Source of the DNA: Octopus vulgaris
Taxonomy: Eukaryota
Direction: 5' to 3'
Assembly (NCBI GenBank): GCA_951406725.2
Contig: OX597840.1
Location: forward strand, 21,142,001 to 21,206,000
DNA: 64,000 bases
The translations under genes and the position numbers were made by a program. Each line of letters starts with the position of its first letter. Positions within the stretch are counted from its first letter, which is position 1. Shown piece by piece: positions 11,395 through 25,300 of the stretch. The notes beneath the pieces are model-generated. The model worked only from the letters and a program-made list of their open reading frames with translations. It had not been told where the DNA came from and ran no database searches.

Positions 11395-14300
11395 GTGAGT
11401 TCATTCCTCTCTCTCTCTCTTTCTATGCGTTTGTGTGAGTGCTCCAGCATGGCCCCAGCCTTACAGTTGAAACCTATAAAACACTATTGTGTATATATAT
11501 GTGCGCCTATGTTTATATAAACCTGTGTATATACGTTTATATATATATATATATTACGTACGTGTATATTGTGTTTCTATACACGTGAGTGTGTATATAT
11601 ATATATATGTTTATATAAGCGTGTATATATTTATATTGTGTATATTGTGTGTTTCTATACACGTGTATATATATATATATATATATATATGTTTATATAA
11701 ACGTGTGTATATATGTTTATATTGTGTGTTTATATAAACGTGTGTATATATGTTTATATTGTGTGTTTCTATACACGTGTTTATATATATGTGTGTATAT
11801 ATGTTTACATTTTGTATATTGTGTGTTTCTATACACGTGTATATATATATATATATGTTTATATAAACGTGTGTATATTGTGTTTCTATAAACGTGTGTA
11901 TATATATATATATATGTTTATATAAATGTGTGTATATATGTTTACATTTTGTATATTGTGTGTTTCTATACACGTATGTATATATATATATGTATAGATA
12001 CATGTGTGTATATGTCTATATGTGTAAATAGGTGTGTATATGTCTAATTATGTACGCCTATAGCGTGTATGTTTATACACACAGATTCTACCCTTCGTAA
12101 GTCTTGTTTCGTCGACCCCTAAACCGTTTTTCGGTTAGAAAGATGCTTCTTGTGTGTTTAGGGGTCAGCTGTTCCGAAACCCTTCCTAAGGTCTTCTCAT
12201 ATACATCACACTAGCAACGTATTTGGTGTTGCTGAGAAAACAGCCGGATTCTGGGTCCTTAATTTGGAAACCGGCTGTGCTCCCACCCTGGCAGTTAGTT
12301 TGGGGTAACCAATATTGGCTGCCGGTAGGTAGGGACCCGCCTGGACCAAACATCTTCATTTGGGGTCTGTGAATTCCTTCTCTCGTCGGTGGAATTCTTG
12401 CTATACGCATGGCATAGAACCTCTCATAACTTCTTTTTTAAAATTTCGAAAAGACCAAAAGAAAATCTTTTCCCCTTTTCCCAGTCTTGTGAATTCTCGT
12501 GTATAGAATACAAATTCGCAAAAAATTTCTGAATATTCCAAAATAATAAAAAGAGGAAGTTCTTTTACACCTATTCCCCATTTTTTTTTTTTTTTTGACG
12601 GGGTTTAACGCTTTAGTTTAACCAAAAAAGCTATAAGGGGTTACATGGGTTGCGTAAAGCAGACTTGCGCCCTCTTCTCGCTTTTATATTTTACTTGTTT
12701 CAGTCATTGGATTGCAGTAATGATGGGGCAACCACCTTGAAAGATTTGGTCGAACAAATCGACCAGACTTGTTTTTCTTTTTAAGCCTGTTACCTATTCC
12801 ATTGGTGTCTGTTATGGAACTACGACAGGGACTTGAGCAAGCAATGGTGGTGGGACACACGCAAAACCCCTCTCTCTTTCTCGCACACACAGAGTGAATG
12901 AACTGGTAACAAGTTTGTATGTATATATCTTTATATATGACGGGCCTTTTTCGGTTTCTGTCTACCAAAGCCACTCACAAGTCTTCTATAGTAGAAGATA
13001 ATTGCCCAAGGTGGTGCCCAAGTCGTGGAACCATGTGGTTGGAAAGCAAACTTCTTGCTACACCGCCACAATGCGTTCATATCTGAAAGTTGGCTGTTGA
13101 GATCGCCGTCCCAAGTGGTCGACAGATCCGCCAAAATCGTTAACGACAGAACATCGTCGGACTTAAATGATCCGGGTCTGCTAACCAGACCGGTAGAGCT
13201 GTGAAAGTAAGGAACTATATTCGGGGGGAGAAAACACTATCTTAGAGACCGTACGTGTAAACAAAGCTTTGGTAACCATTTTCGAGTAGCGGGTCGCATG
13301 AAACTTAGCTTATATCAAGCCAGCCGCATTACTAAAAAGTTTCAGGGTAATTTTTCGTTAGTCCTGCTACTTAGGAAGTCCCACTGGCCGCAGGGTTGCT
13401 CGTTACTGTTGTAACCTGTCGGTTTCCACCGGTAAGCTTGCTTGAAGTACACTGTAGAGGAATTAACATCGGTAATATGAAGGTTTTGTCATCCGGTTGT
13501 TAAATAACAATGAGAAGCTCAGTGACGGTATATTCTAGAAATGCTTTAATATGAATTCTTGCTGGGCTTCAGTTTCGTGAAGGCATCTTGACGCCAGCGA
13601 TGTTCCAGCAAATTTGCCTTTAACTCTTTGTCTCTTCTGTGTGCTACATATGATGCCTGGTGCATATTTCTTTGGTGTCCATGCTTCATATATCATACAT
13701 ATTACCAGGTTTTGTTTTTTCTAGTACCAGAATAACTTGGGAGTTGTGAACGGAAAGGCATTATAATAATAATAATAATAATGAAATTATTGTATACAGT
13801 GCTCAGGTGCACCACAACTTGTCAGAAAGTGCATATAAAGTACATGCAGTAATGTACAAATGTCTGGAAAGTGAACAATGTATGAGTCAGATACATGCTT
13901 GTGTGTGTATGGAGGGGAGAAAATCAGGTGTAGTGTTGGCGAATCTCAGGAAGCATGGAAGTTTTGAAGGATGCAGTGCTCCGACAACTAACAACTGATG
14001 CTGGCAGTTTGTTCCATGCTTCAGCAACTCTCAGCGTGAAAAAATGTTTCCTGAAGTCATGGGAGCTGTGCTGTTTTCTGACTTTGTAAACATGTCCACA
14101 GGTGTTAGACAGGTGGAGTTTGATACCCCAGTACTTTTTTTGTGTGTCGCTCTTTTGCTGAACTGCTAAGTTATTGGATGTAAACACACCAACACTGATT
14201 GGCAAGTGGTGGTGGATGACACACACACACAAGGGGTTTCTTTTAGGGCAATCTTCTTATCGCACAACCTCACCTGTACCTGACAGTAATTCTTATTTCA

Positions 14301-17300
14301 CCACACAAGTGATATTCACATTGTTCTTGGATTTGGAAATTCCAACAAGTGAACACAAGTGAAAGAATAATTCTGCAACTCTCATAAATCGTTGATTACA
14401 AAAGCTCTGTACTGAGGCTTACCAGGACAGGAGAAAACGTCCTCGTTAGATTCATTACCAGCCGACTGTAACGAGATATCCAGGTTGAGCAGGAGTTGGT
14501 CAAACGACAAATGGCAAGAAAGGGTGTGGAGCTGGACTGGGATTTGCCATGCACTGAAAGGTGCCAGTTCTGGCCCAACCCATGCCAGCATGGAAAAACA
14601 AACATTAAAGGATGATGATGATAACACACCCACATGCCATGGGCTTCAGTTTCCATCTACGAAATCCACTTACTAGGCTTTGGTCAACCAGGTTAATAGA
14701 GTTACTCTTACCCAAGGTGCCATGCAGTGGGACTGGACCTGAAGCAAGCTTCTTACCACAGGACACATCCAAATTGTAGCTGTATCATTCACAATGTTTA
14801 TTTTAAATATTTGCCATGAATTTAACCGATTGAAGATCAGAATTCACATGAAAGTGTGTATTCTCCTAGCATTCATCCAGACCACCCTTCTCTATTGGTG
14901 TGAATGGTGACCAGTGGGAGCTGAAGCTATCCAAGAATCCAAAACCGACAACCACTACAGCTTGCATTGAATTCTGTGGGTTTGCCTATTGGACTTCATT
15001 TCCAGCCCCGAAACATGACAACCCTGCTGCATCAACTTTCTGAAACAAGCTCTGCTCCCAAGACGTCTGAGGTGACCGCATGGCCATACCATCAACTTCC
15101 AGGGCAATTCATTTGCATGGCAGCGGTCACCCAGCTCCCCTCCCAGGCCGGCGCTAACAAGCTGGATGACAACTGAAGGCTCGGCTGGTGACAGTAAAGG
15201 TGGATATAGAAGCACGATAACCTGGCCCTTGTGTTTTTGGTCCTCAGCAGTAGAACCAGAAGTGGGTGTCCATTACAGCCTTGACTGCAGCTGACCGTTG
15301 GTTATGGTCAGCATTTGTGAGGGACATGGTCAACTTGTTGGCCAGTGCCAGCTCAACCTATCTGAGGTAAGTGCCACCAAAAGTACAAGTACATAAATTT
15401 AACAGGGTTAATAAAAAAAAGGGACAACTTGTCTTTGTCTGACCAGTAGACTTGGTCACACTTTTGTTTTTTCTCTCTGTATCTTTGGTCTAACTTTTGC
15501 CCTCCATGTAAGCCTGGCCTAACTCAGTTCTAATTATCCTGTCTCACCAAAAGATGCCTGCCTCTATCATCCTGGAGAACCAATATTCCATGAAGGGATT
15601 AAGAAATGGTCCTGTTGTAACAAGTCAAGCGTGGATTTCACCGTTTTCCTTGACTTCCCAGTAAGTTTACATTTATTCTCTTTTCTTTCATTGATTGATT
15701 GATTGATTGATTGATTAGCTAAAATAATAATTATTCCATCATAATTGTGGTCGTGTGGTTAAGAAGTTTGCTTCCCAACCGCATGGCTTGGGGTTCAGTC
15801 TTACTATGTGAGTATCATTTTTGAAAAGAATTTTTAGTTGTCTTGCTTTTTACAATTAATCCTACCTAATTTGATGGGGCTGGGTTCAGAAAGGCCCTCA
15901 CAAATTTGATGGGGCTGGGTTCAGAAAGGCCCTCACAAATTTGATGGGTCTGGGTTCAGAAAGGCCCTCACAAATTTGATGGGGCTGGGTTCAGAAAGGC
16001 CCTCACAAATTTTCTGTCACATCAAGCTTTTTTGTTAAACAGGAATTCATTTCTTGTTACCAAAAATGTCAGTTTTGTCATTAACCCTTTCGTGACCAAC
16101 CCGGCTGAAACTGGCTCTGGATCTGTAGTACAAATGTCTTGTTTACATAAGTTTTGAATTAAAATCTTCCACCAAAACTTGAGTCACAATTTATGTTCCT
16201 TAATCTAGCTGAATGATAACTAAGTTATTTTACTAAATTCTTTGTTATATTTAAAGTAATTGAAAGAAACACAGAGTATCTCAACAGAAATACAGTAACG
16301 AAAGGGTTAAATGCAAGACTGAAATAAGAAACACAAATGAAATAGTACTTTTTATTGTTTAACAAATATATTACACAAAATGTTTAATTACACCTCTTAG
16401 AATAGATATTTGTACCAAACTGGAGTTTCAGGTACTCAAGGAATGAACCTTCTCTTTGCTGCTTTATGTGAATAAAATGCATCATGCCAGTCTCTCTACG
16501 GTGACCCTGCAGTAGACAGCATTACGTTGGGGTTCCACCAGCCCTGATACCTGGTCTCCATGTTCTCAATGTCTTGGTGGAATCTCTCTCCTTGCTCATC
16601 ACTTATTCCATGATGATTTTTCAAGGAAGTAGTCCAGATGACTGTCCAGGAAATGCACATTTACACTCGTGCTGCAGCCCGGTGCTCGAAAACCACTTAA
16701 AAAGGATCTGCACAAGATCTTCATAAATTGATGACTTCCTCTTTCCCAGGAAATCAGATACAGCTGCAGCAAAAGCATCCCGTGATTCTGTTTCAATGCC
16801 AGGCATGGTCTCCAAAAAATAGCTTGTCCTGAAATAGCCACCAGTTACGTGGCCCATCAAACACACCAACCTTAATTTTCTCACAAGACAAAGCTGGAAA
16901 CTTTCTACTTAAGCATTTGAAGCAGTCACTGTTTCAGGGTTTCAACACATGTCTTGCACACAATATGGGGCGCCCAAGTTTTGTCTTGTCACCCAGTTTC
17001 ATGCTAAACTAAGTAAGGAAGTGAGGTAAGCTTTCTTCACAAAATCTGTGATTTTATTTCAATGCCTGATCCAGACATAAGAAGACATCAGGGCTGGTTT
17101 TACATTTTCTTTTTATTATTTTTATATTTTTAAAATTATTTTTATAATTTGTATATATTTATTTTATTATAAATGCAAAACTACACCACGGAGGAATCGA
17201 TGTAAGCTTAAATAATAAACCCCAAGAGGTGAACCACAATATGGTGAGGGATTACTGCACATGCACACACACACATGATGAGCTTCTTTCAGTTTCCATC

Positions 17301-19280
17301 TAGCAAATCCACTCACAAGACCTTGGTTGGTCCGAGGCTATAATAGATATGACACTTACCCAAGGTGCCACACAGTGGCACTGAACCCAGAACCCTGTGG
17401 CTGGGAAACAAGCTACTTACCACACTTTTTTTTAATAATTCAATCTGATATATGTTTTAGGGATGCACCAGAGGCAGACACAACTCGACCCCCCTCCCGA
17501 AACCAGAAACCCCTAAAATCGAGGAGAAAGAAGTAAGTTTATAGCTTTTTTTTATCATTTTAATTTCATATTATTTTGTGATAGGGGCTTAATGAGTTAA
17601 TTGTATGTGATTAGGGGGTGGGGAAGACAGGGTGTGGTGGACTTGAGGTGAGGTAGAGAAAGAGGTAGGCTTGAGATGAGGCAGACCGATTGACTGAGAG
17701 GAAAGGATGGATGCAGTAGAGCTGTGGTGAGATGTGAAGTGAGACGAAGAATAATGATGGAAGTAGATGAACCCTTATCCCTTTGGCATTCACTTTACTC
17801 TGTTAAGTGTAATGCTTAGTTATCCACGAGGAGACCTTATTGAGTCAAGTACATCAACATCAGCAATATCAAAATCAAATCAAATGGAAATTGTAGTTGT
17901 GAGCCCCGTGTCAGTAGCACATAAAAAGCACCTTCCGAATGTGGCTGGTGCCAGTGCCGCTTTGACTGGCCTCTGTGCCACTGGCACACGAAAAGCACCA
18001 TCCGATCATGGTCGATGCCAGCTCCTGTGGCAGTGGCACATAAGAAGCACTTGGCTGGGAAAAATGAGTAGCACTTGTCTTTCAAAGGGCCAGCCTTGAT
18101 ACATTCTGTGTCACACTGAATCTCCCTGAGAACTATGTTAAGGGTTACATGTGTCTGTGGAATACTCAGCCACTTGCATGTTAATTTTATGAGGAAGCTG
18201 TTCCATTAATTGAATCACCCCTCATCGTAACCGCCAGAGTGCCATGCTGTGTTGATTAGGCTTTGACTCCAAACGAACAGGTAAAGATCAGAGAACTGCT
18301 TAAAATGGTAATGACAGCAATGTTGTGTTTGCCCTTATTCAGGTTACTATCCCCAAGAGCATTGTTCCAGTAAAACGGCCGTCTGTAGACGCACCCACCA
18401 TACCATTAAAGATAATTGTCAGAGACAGTTTGAACCAGTGTCTGCAGAAGAGAATGGAAGAACTCAATCTACAGCAAAACGAAACTGGTGAGACTCTTCT
18501 CTTTTCAACGGCTTTTTGTTTTTTCTGTTTATGAAAGCTCTCAAGAACTGATATTCTTGCTTATGAGACTGGTCGATGGCCAGGTTGAGACCCTTACACA
18601 AACTACGAGACTCTTATGCGATAGTAATCTCATAAATTCTGTCGCGGCTGACTTAGCCTTTCGTCCCTTTGGGGTTGATAAAATATGCACCAGTTGATTA
18701 CTGGGGTTGATTGTAATTGATTTAATTACTTCTGGGTGTGAGTATAAAAACTGCTGCCCTCTGCCAAGTCATGTTGAGCCAATGTGACAGAGTAGGCTCA
18801 GGAAGCTAGGATAATCTCGAGCACAGATTCATGGCCTCCACATCAGATTGTGGTTGATGAAGAGAATATGCTGAGGCCATTGTCTTGCAGGGGACTGAAT
18901 GTGAGCAGTCCAAATCTCATAAGAAAAGTTTTTGGGTAAACTGGGAAATGCCAACCAAAGAAAAGTTAATAAGAGATCTTTTAGTGTAACTGTTTAGCAT
19001 CATAAAGCACTGGTGCAGGTACCACGGGCACTGGTGCTGGTGCCATGAGTGTAATGGGTGCATTGAACGTATCGCTGGCATGGGTGCCATCAACAGAACA
19101 CCAGTAACGGCCATGACTATGATTTCACGGGTTCCATTCACATGACACTGGCAATGGCTATGGCTACAGTTTCACTTGGCTTCACAAGTCTTCTCAAGCA
19201 CAGCATATCACCAAGGCCTCAGTCACTCTTGTCATCACCTCCGTGAGGACCAACAGGTGAAGATCATTAAATGCTAAGTG

Positions 19281-19321
<41 letters not shown>

Positions 19322-22300
19322 TAGCAGTATCGCCCGGCGTTGCTCGGGTTGTAAGGGAAATAACTATATAAGCATTTTTAGAGAGTTATAGCCAAAAAAA
19401 TGCATTAAAAATTGAAAAAAAATTAAGGTAAATATTTTTTTAAATCGTTGACACATCGTAGATATTTTTAGAGAGTTACTTCCCTTATATAAAAGCGAAA
19501 AAAATGCATTAAAATGGAAAAATATGATGGTAAATTTTTTTTAAATAGTAGACTCATCGTAGACGCGCGCTAATACCCAGAAGGGCTCGATATGAATCAC
19601 GACTATAAGATACCCGCTTTTGGTTAAACTGCACGGCAAAATGTGGGAGTAGTTACGAATCTAAATCGAAGGGGACAGACACACAACTTCACTCTTATAT
19701 AAAGATGCTTTTTTTTTTTCAGTCATAGAGTTAGATTTATGAAGGTCTTCAGTAGAAAATTCTTCGAATTCTGACTTGCTGCTTGATATAATGAAATTCG
19801 TATCCATTTTTTGTCAGAATTACAAATTTTGAAAACACAATAGGAACAAATTTCGGAAAAAAATCTCCCATAATTCACGGAATTAAAATTACACTTCGAT
19901 TTTTGTACAAAACTGTATTTGAAGTGTTTACGAAGTATAATACGTGTTTTCACGAATGTACTAAAGAGATTTACTCTGATATTCTCATTTAAATATGAAT
20001 AGGTAAATTCGGGCGGTTTGGTAACGAAAGGGTTTATATAAGTGTCGTCTGTTTATACATAAACACTGTTTCATAGTTTCAGTTTAGTCTTGCTCAAATC
20101 ACTCTGTCGCTAATTTACTCTCTTCCAAGAACATTTTCACTCACTGTTATCTGTTAGCTTCCCATACATTTTACTCATGTATCTATCAGCGTGATAGACA
20201 GAAACAAATATTACATTTACTTTCATTTTATTCGTCGCACACTGTGTGTGTGCGTTTGCGTGTGGTGTAAACCAGACTAAGAAAAGCATTTGACACAAAC
20301 ACCAGAATGTGAGTTTTCTGTAAATTTTGCTTAATTGGAGTTTAAATTTTAAAAACTGGACCTGGCATGACGCGATGCATTGTACTCTTAAAAATGCTAG
20401 GTAAATTGTAATTGAAGAAATCCTATATTGTAGATTTGTATAACTCCCAAAGGGAGGCAGATAAAATCTGCCTTTTATAATAAGAGATATATCATTATTA
20501 TCATTTAACATCAGTTTTCCATGCTAGTGGCATAGGTTGGGCATTGAACAGGGGCTGGCATGCTAGGAGGGCTGCATCAGGCTCCAGTGTCTGGCTTTAG
20601 CATAGTTTCTGTGGCTGGACGTCCTTCCTAACAACAACACTTGAAAGAGAGTGCTGGTTGCTTTTCATGTGCCACTGGCACGAGTGAGATCATCAGGTAA
20701 CCAAACAGTATAAGACCACTTCAAGTGGAGTGTAGTTTTGAAGGAGGTGGCCTTTAACTATTCTGTGTACCACACGATATACAAGACACATTCTTATCTG
20801 GCATCTCTCTCTCTCAACACCTGTATTTGTTCCCCCGAATTGCTTCTTCCCCCATCATCACACTCATTCTCTGCTTAAAGGTAAACTCTTTGTCCAAACA
20901 ATAAATATCCTCTATAATTTCTTCAAGGCAGCAAGTTAGCCCCCTGGGCCAAATCCTTTGTAGCGTTTCCTCCATCTTTATGTTCTGGGTTCATATGCCA
21001 CCAGGGTCGATTTAATCAATTTACCCCTCTCCCCTCTGAAATTGTCGGCCCTTTGCCAGAATTTTAAGCCAGTTCTTTTTTTTACCTAATTGCAAAGAGT
21101 CTAAGCTTTGTTTGTTTACCAAATAAAGTGCTTGGCTCATTACACACTTGCTTTATTGCAAAAAGATTCTCTTTTTTTTCATTTTTTTTTTTTAAACAAA
21201 AGTGCTTGAGAAGTCCCGTCAGGCCAAGTGAAACCATAGTTGTGGCCGATGCTGGTGTCACATAACTGGCACCTGTGCTAGTGGCACGTAAAAAGCACCC
21301 ATTACACTCTCGGAGTGGTTGGCATTAGGAAGAGCATCCAACCATAGAAACCGTGCCCAAATCAGATTGGAACCTGGTGCAGCCCGACAGCTTACCAATT
21401 TCAGTCAAACTGTCCAACCCATGCCAGCATGACAAACAGACACTAAATGATGATGATGATGATGAAAAGCAAACAACAGCTTTGTGGGGGAGACACCATT
21501 AACAATGAGTCCTCAAAACACTTGGCTACAAATCTACAATCTGACCCTTTGTCTAATCTTAGTGTTTTCTCTTTTTTTTTCTATGTCTGTTGTTCATTAC
21601 TGCTTTAAGGGGAATCCGGCAGAGATTCTGTTTAGGCTGTTCCTACCATACCGGGGACAGAGCATGATGGGGGTTAAGGGACACTTTTATGGCAATATAT
21701 ATCTGAGTAATTTCTCTTGTGTTTCTCTTTCCATGAGACGAGACTTCTGAGATTGTGGTCGGAACCCCTTGTGCCAATGCCTGCTGTGGCAAGGTAAGAA
21801 CATGGAACCCTCTTCCTTTTTTTTTGTATGTGTGTGTGTTTTTACTTCTGTACCGTCTTTTATTTTGTTTCACTCATTGGGGACTGTGGCCATGCTGGGG
21901 CACGGCTTTGAAGGGTTTAGTCCAACAGTTGGCCCGGTACTCTTTCTCTTGTGGAGGTGCGTGGCTTAGTGGTTCAGGTGTTGGACTCATGATTGTAAGA
22001 TTGTGGCTTCGATTCCTGGACCGGGCAACGTGTTGTGTTCTTGAGCAAAACACTTCATTTCCCGTTGCTCCAGTCCACTCAGCTGGCAAAAATGAGTAAC
22101 GCTGCGATGGACTGGTGTCCCGTCCAGCTGGGGGGAACACATACACTATTGAAACCAGGAAACCGGGCCCATGAACCTGGCTAAGCTTTAAAAGGGCGCA
22201 TTTATTTATTTATTTTACTCTTTCTCTTAGTCTGTTTTGGTGGGTTGTTAAATTACAAGGACATAAACAAACCAACACCAGTCGCCAAGCAGTGAGGTGG

Positions 22301-25300
22301 GGGGTGGTGGTGGCAAGAACACACAGATGCACACACTCATTCATACATACACACACACATTCTTTTATTCTTTTACACATTTCAGTCATTTGACTGCGGC
22401 CATACTAGAGCACCAGCTTAACGGGTTTTAGTTGAAGAAATCGACCCCAGGACTTATTCTTTGTAAGCCTAGTACTTATTCTATCGATCTCTTTTGATGA
22501 ACTGCTAAGTTACAGGGACATAAACACACCAACATCAGTTGTCAAGTGATGGTTGGGGCACAAACAAAAATGCACACACACACACACATATATACATTCA
22601 TATCTACATATATATCTATATATGTAATGGGCTTCTTTCAGTTTCCATCTACCAAATACCCTCAAAGCTTTCTTCAGCCCGAGGCTATAGTAGAAGACAC
22701 TTGCCCAAGGTGCCATGCAGTGGGACTGAACCGGGAATCATGTGGTTGAGAAGCAAACTTCTTACTATGCAGCCACACCATATATGTGTGTGTGTGTATG
22801 TGTTACCTTTCACTTGTTACAGTCATTAGACTGTGGTCATGCTGGGGCACCACCTATATATCATACTCAATTAACATCTGTCTTCCATGCTGCAATTGGT
22901 TGGACAGTTTGATAGGGGCTGGCGAGGCTGGAAGGCTGCACCAGGCTCCATTGTCTGCTTTGTCATGGTTTCTATGGTGGGATGCCCTTTCCAAACACCA
23001 ACCACTTTTCAGAGTGTGGTCTGGGTGCTTCTTATGTGGTACCAACAGCAGCAAGGTTCCAAGTAACTTGCGAGACAAAAGCCTCTTGACTGGGCGAGAG
23101 GGAGTGGTGCTGATGGCCTTGTGCCAGGTGATGAGAGGTCGGAGTATGATAGGGGGATGGAGATTGGTGGTTGAAGTATGGAGGAGATACAGGAGAGGAA
23201 GATGAGAGGAAGGAGTGAGAGAGAGAAATGAATGGCGTTGGGACCTACCCACTGGGAACTGTGGTGGGGAATATAAGAGGTACCGTGGGGATAGCGGGAG
23301 ATGTTTAGGATGTTTATGTGGCTAAAAAGTGTCAGCTGAAGGGCACCCAGGAGTCATGACTGGAGTGTAAGAAGTTAAGGGCCGAAATGCTTGCCTGAGG
23401 AGGGGTTTCTTCTCTGAAGATCTTCTGCTGTTCAGCTCTCTTGAAAGTTTTTTTAGCATTCTACATTCTGTATAACTTGATTGCCATACTCCACTCCAAA
23501 TCTGAATTTTCTGTCACACTCCACTCCACCTGGCTTCACTGTCACACCTCACCACAACCCCCACACACAATACCTACAAAGAAACCTTTCTGACTTCACT
23601 CGACCTGCTAGAAATGGCAGCCAAATTTTCCATTTTAAAGAAAGAGGGAAGAACACATATCCTTAAAGGGACAAATGGTTGTGGTTGGAATGCTTTTGAT
23701 TCAAGGGCTTAATAATGGTTGACCTGGGGTTAAATAACAACAGCAGCCCACACAGCATCTCACTGCCACCCTACGCCCCCCCACACTTGTCCTCCTCCCT
23801 GCCACACTGCAGGCCTAGACATCTCTTCTCTAATACGCCACCCTACATACATCTCCTCACTACTATGTTACAACTCTCCTGCAACCATACACAATGTCCA
23901 CTCTTATAGCATTCCGATTCTTACAGAGTCTCAGATACATTGTCACAATGTTTCCTATTTGCTGTTTCTCAGATTTATGAGGGGGAAATTTCCAATAAGG
24001 AGAACTGTAAATACCACCCTGGTACTGCTGTATTCCACGAAGGGTAAGTTTTCAGTTGGATTTTTCTTATTTCTTTTTTTCTCTTTTTTCTTTCCTTTTT
24101 TGGGGGTTGAGATCAATGTTGAAAAAAGTTCTGTGATTCTTCTCCAATTGGCCGACTCTCCAAATTTGTGACTCCTTGCTCAAGTTCTTTAATTCTCCCT
24201 TCCAGTGACTAATGAAGTGCTCTGTGTTGATGTAAGTTTTACATTCAAAGAGCTGATGCTTCACTGTATCACCATTGTCATCATCATCATCATCATTCAA
24301 TGTCTGTTCTCCATGGTGGCATGAATTGGACGGTTTGGTAGGAGATGGAGAGTTCCACCCGGCCCCAGTTCTCTATTATGGCAGGGTTTCTACACCTGGA
24401 TCACCATCATCATTTAACATCCGTTGTCCATGTTGGCATGGGTTGGATGATTTGACCAGGGCTGGCAAGGCTGGAAGGCTGCACCAGACTCCACTCTGAT
24501 TTGGCATGGTTTCTACAGCTGGATGTCCTTCTTAGAGCTAACTTCTCCGAGAGTGTAATGGGTGCTTTTATGTGCGACTGGCACGGGTGCCATTTGTGCG
24601 ACACCAGTATCTGCCACGACTGTGATTATACTTGATGGGTCTTTTTCACAAGCATGGCACAATGCCAAAGGTCTGTCATTCGTCAGTGCCTCTGTGGAAC
24701 CCAATGCTTGAAAGGTGCTTTGTACGTGTCACTGGCACAGGTAACAGTGACACCTATCCTGGTGCCTATTGCATGGCACCAGCATAGGTACTTGTCATGT
24801 GGCACCTGCATGGGTGCTTTTACATGGCACCAGTAAGAATCCTTTGGGACCGGTGTTTGTCCTGGCACACGGCACAGGCACCAGTGCTTTTTACATGACC
24901 ACAAAGATGGTGGATTTTACCTGGCAGTAGCAGCCATGAGCTCACAGGACAAGGATCTCACGGCTGAGAGGGGGAGGGGGCGTGGATGTACGTATGGATG
25001 GCCATGGTTTCACTTAGCTTGATGAGTCTTCTCAAGCACAGTTTGACAGACACTAGAAATGCTGTTTACAGATACTGCCAGGCTATAACAGTAGAGTTTC
25101 TGATATGTCTCTTTGCCTTTCACACATATGAGCTTAGCATCATCATCATCATTTAATGTCAGCTTTCCATGCTAGCATGGGTTGGACGGTTCGACCGGGG
25201 TCTGGTGAGCCATGGAGGCTGCATCAGGCTCCAGTCTGATTTGGCAGTTTTTCTACAGCTGGATGCCCTTCCTAACGCCAACCACTCCGTGAGTGTATCA

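Noticed and set aside
12114-12168. 11-bp inverted repeat gacccctaaac/gtttaggggtc in intron 1
   Set aside because: Short and single, with no TSD or RNA-family motif identified
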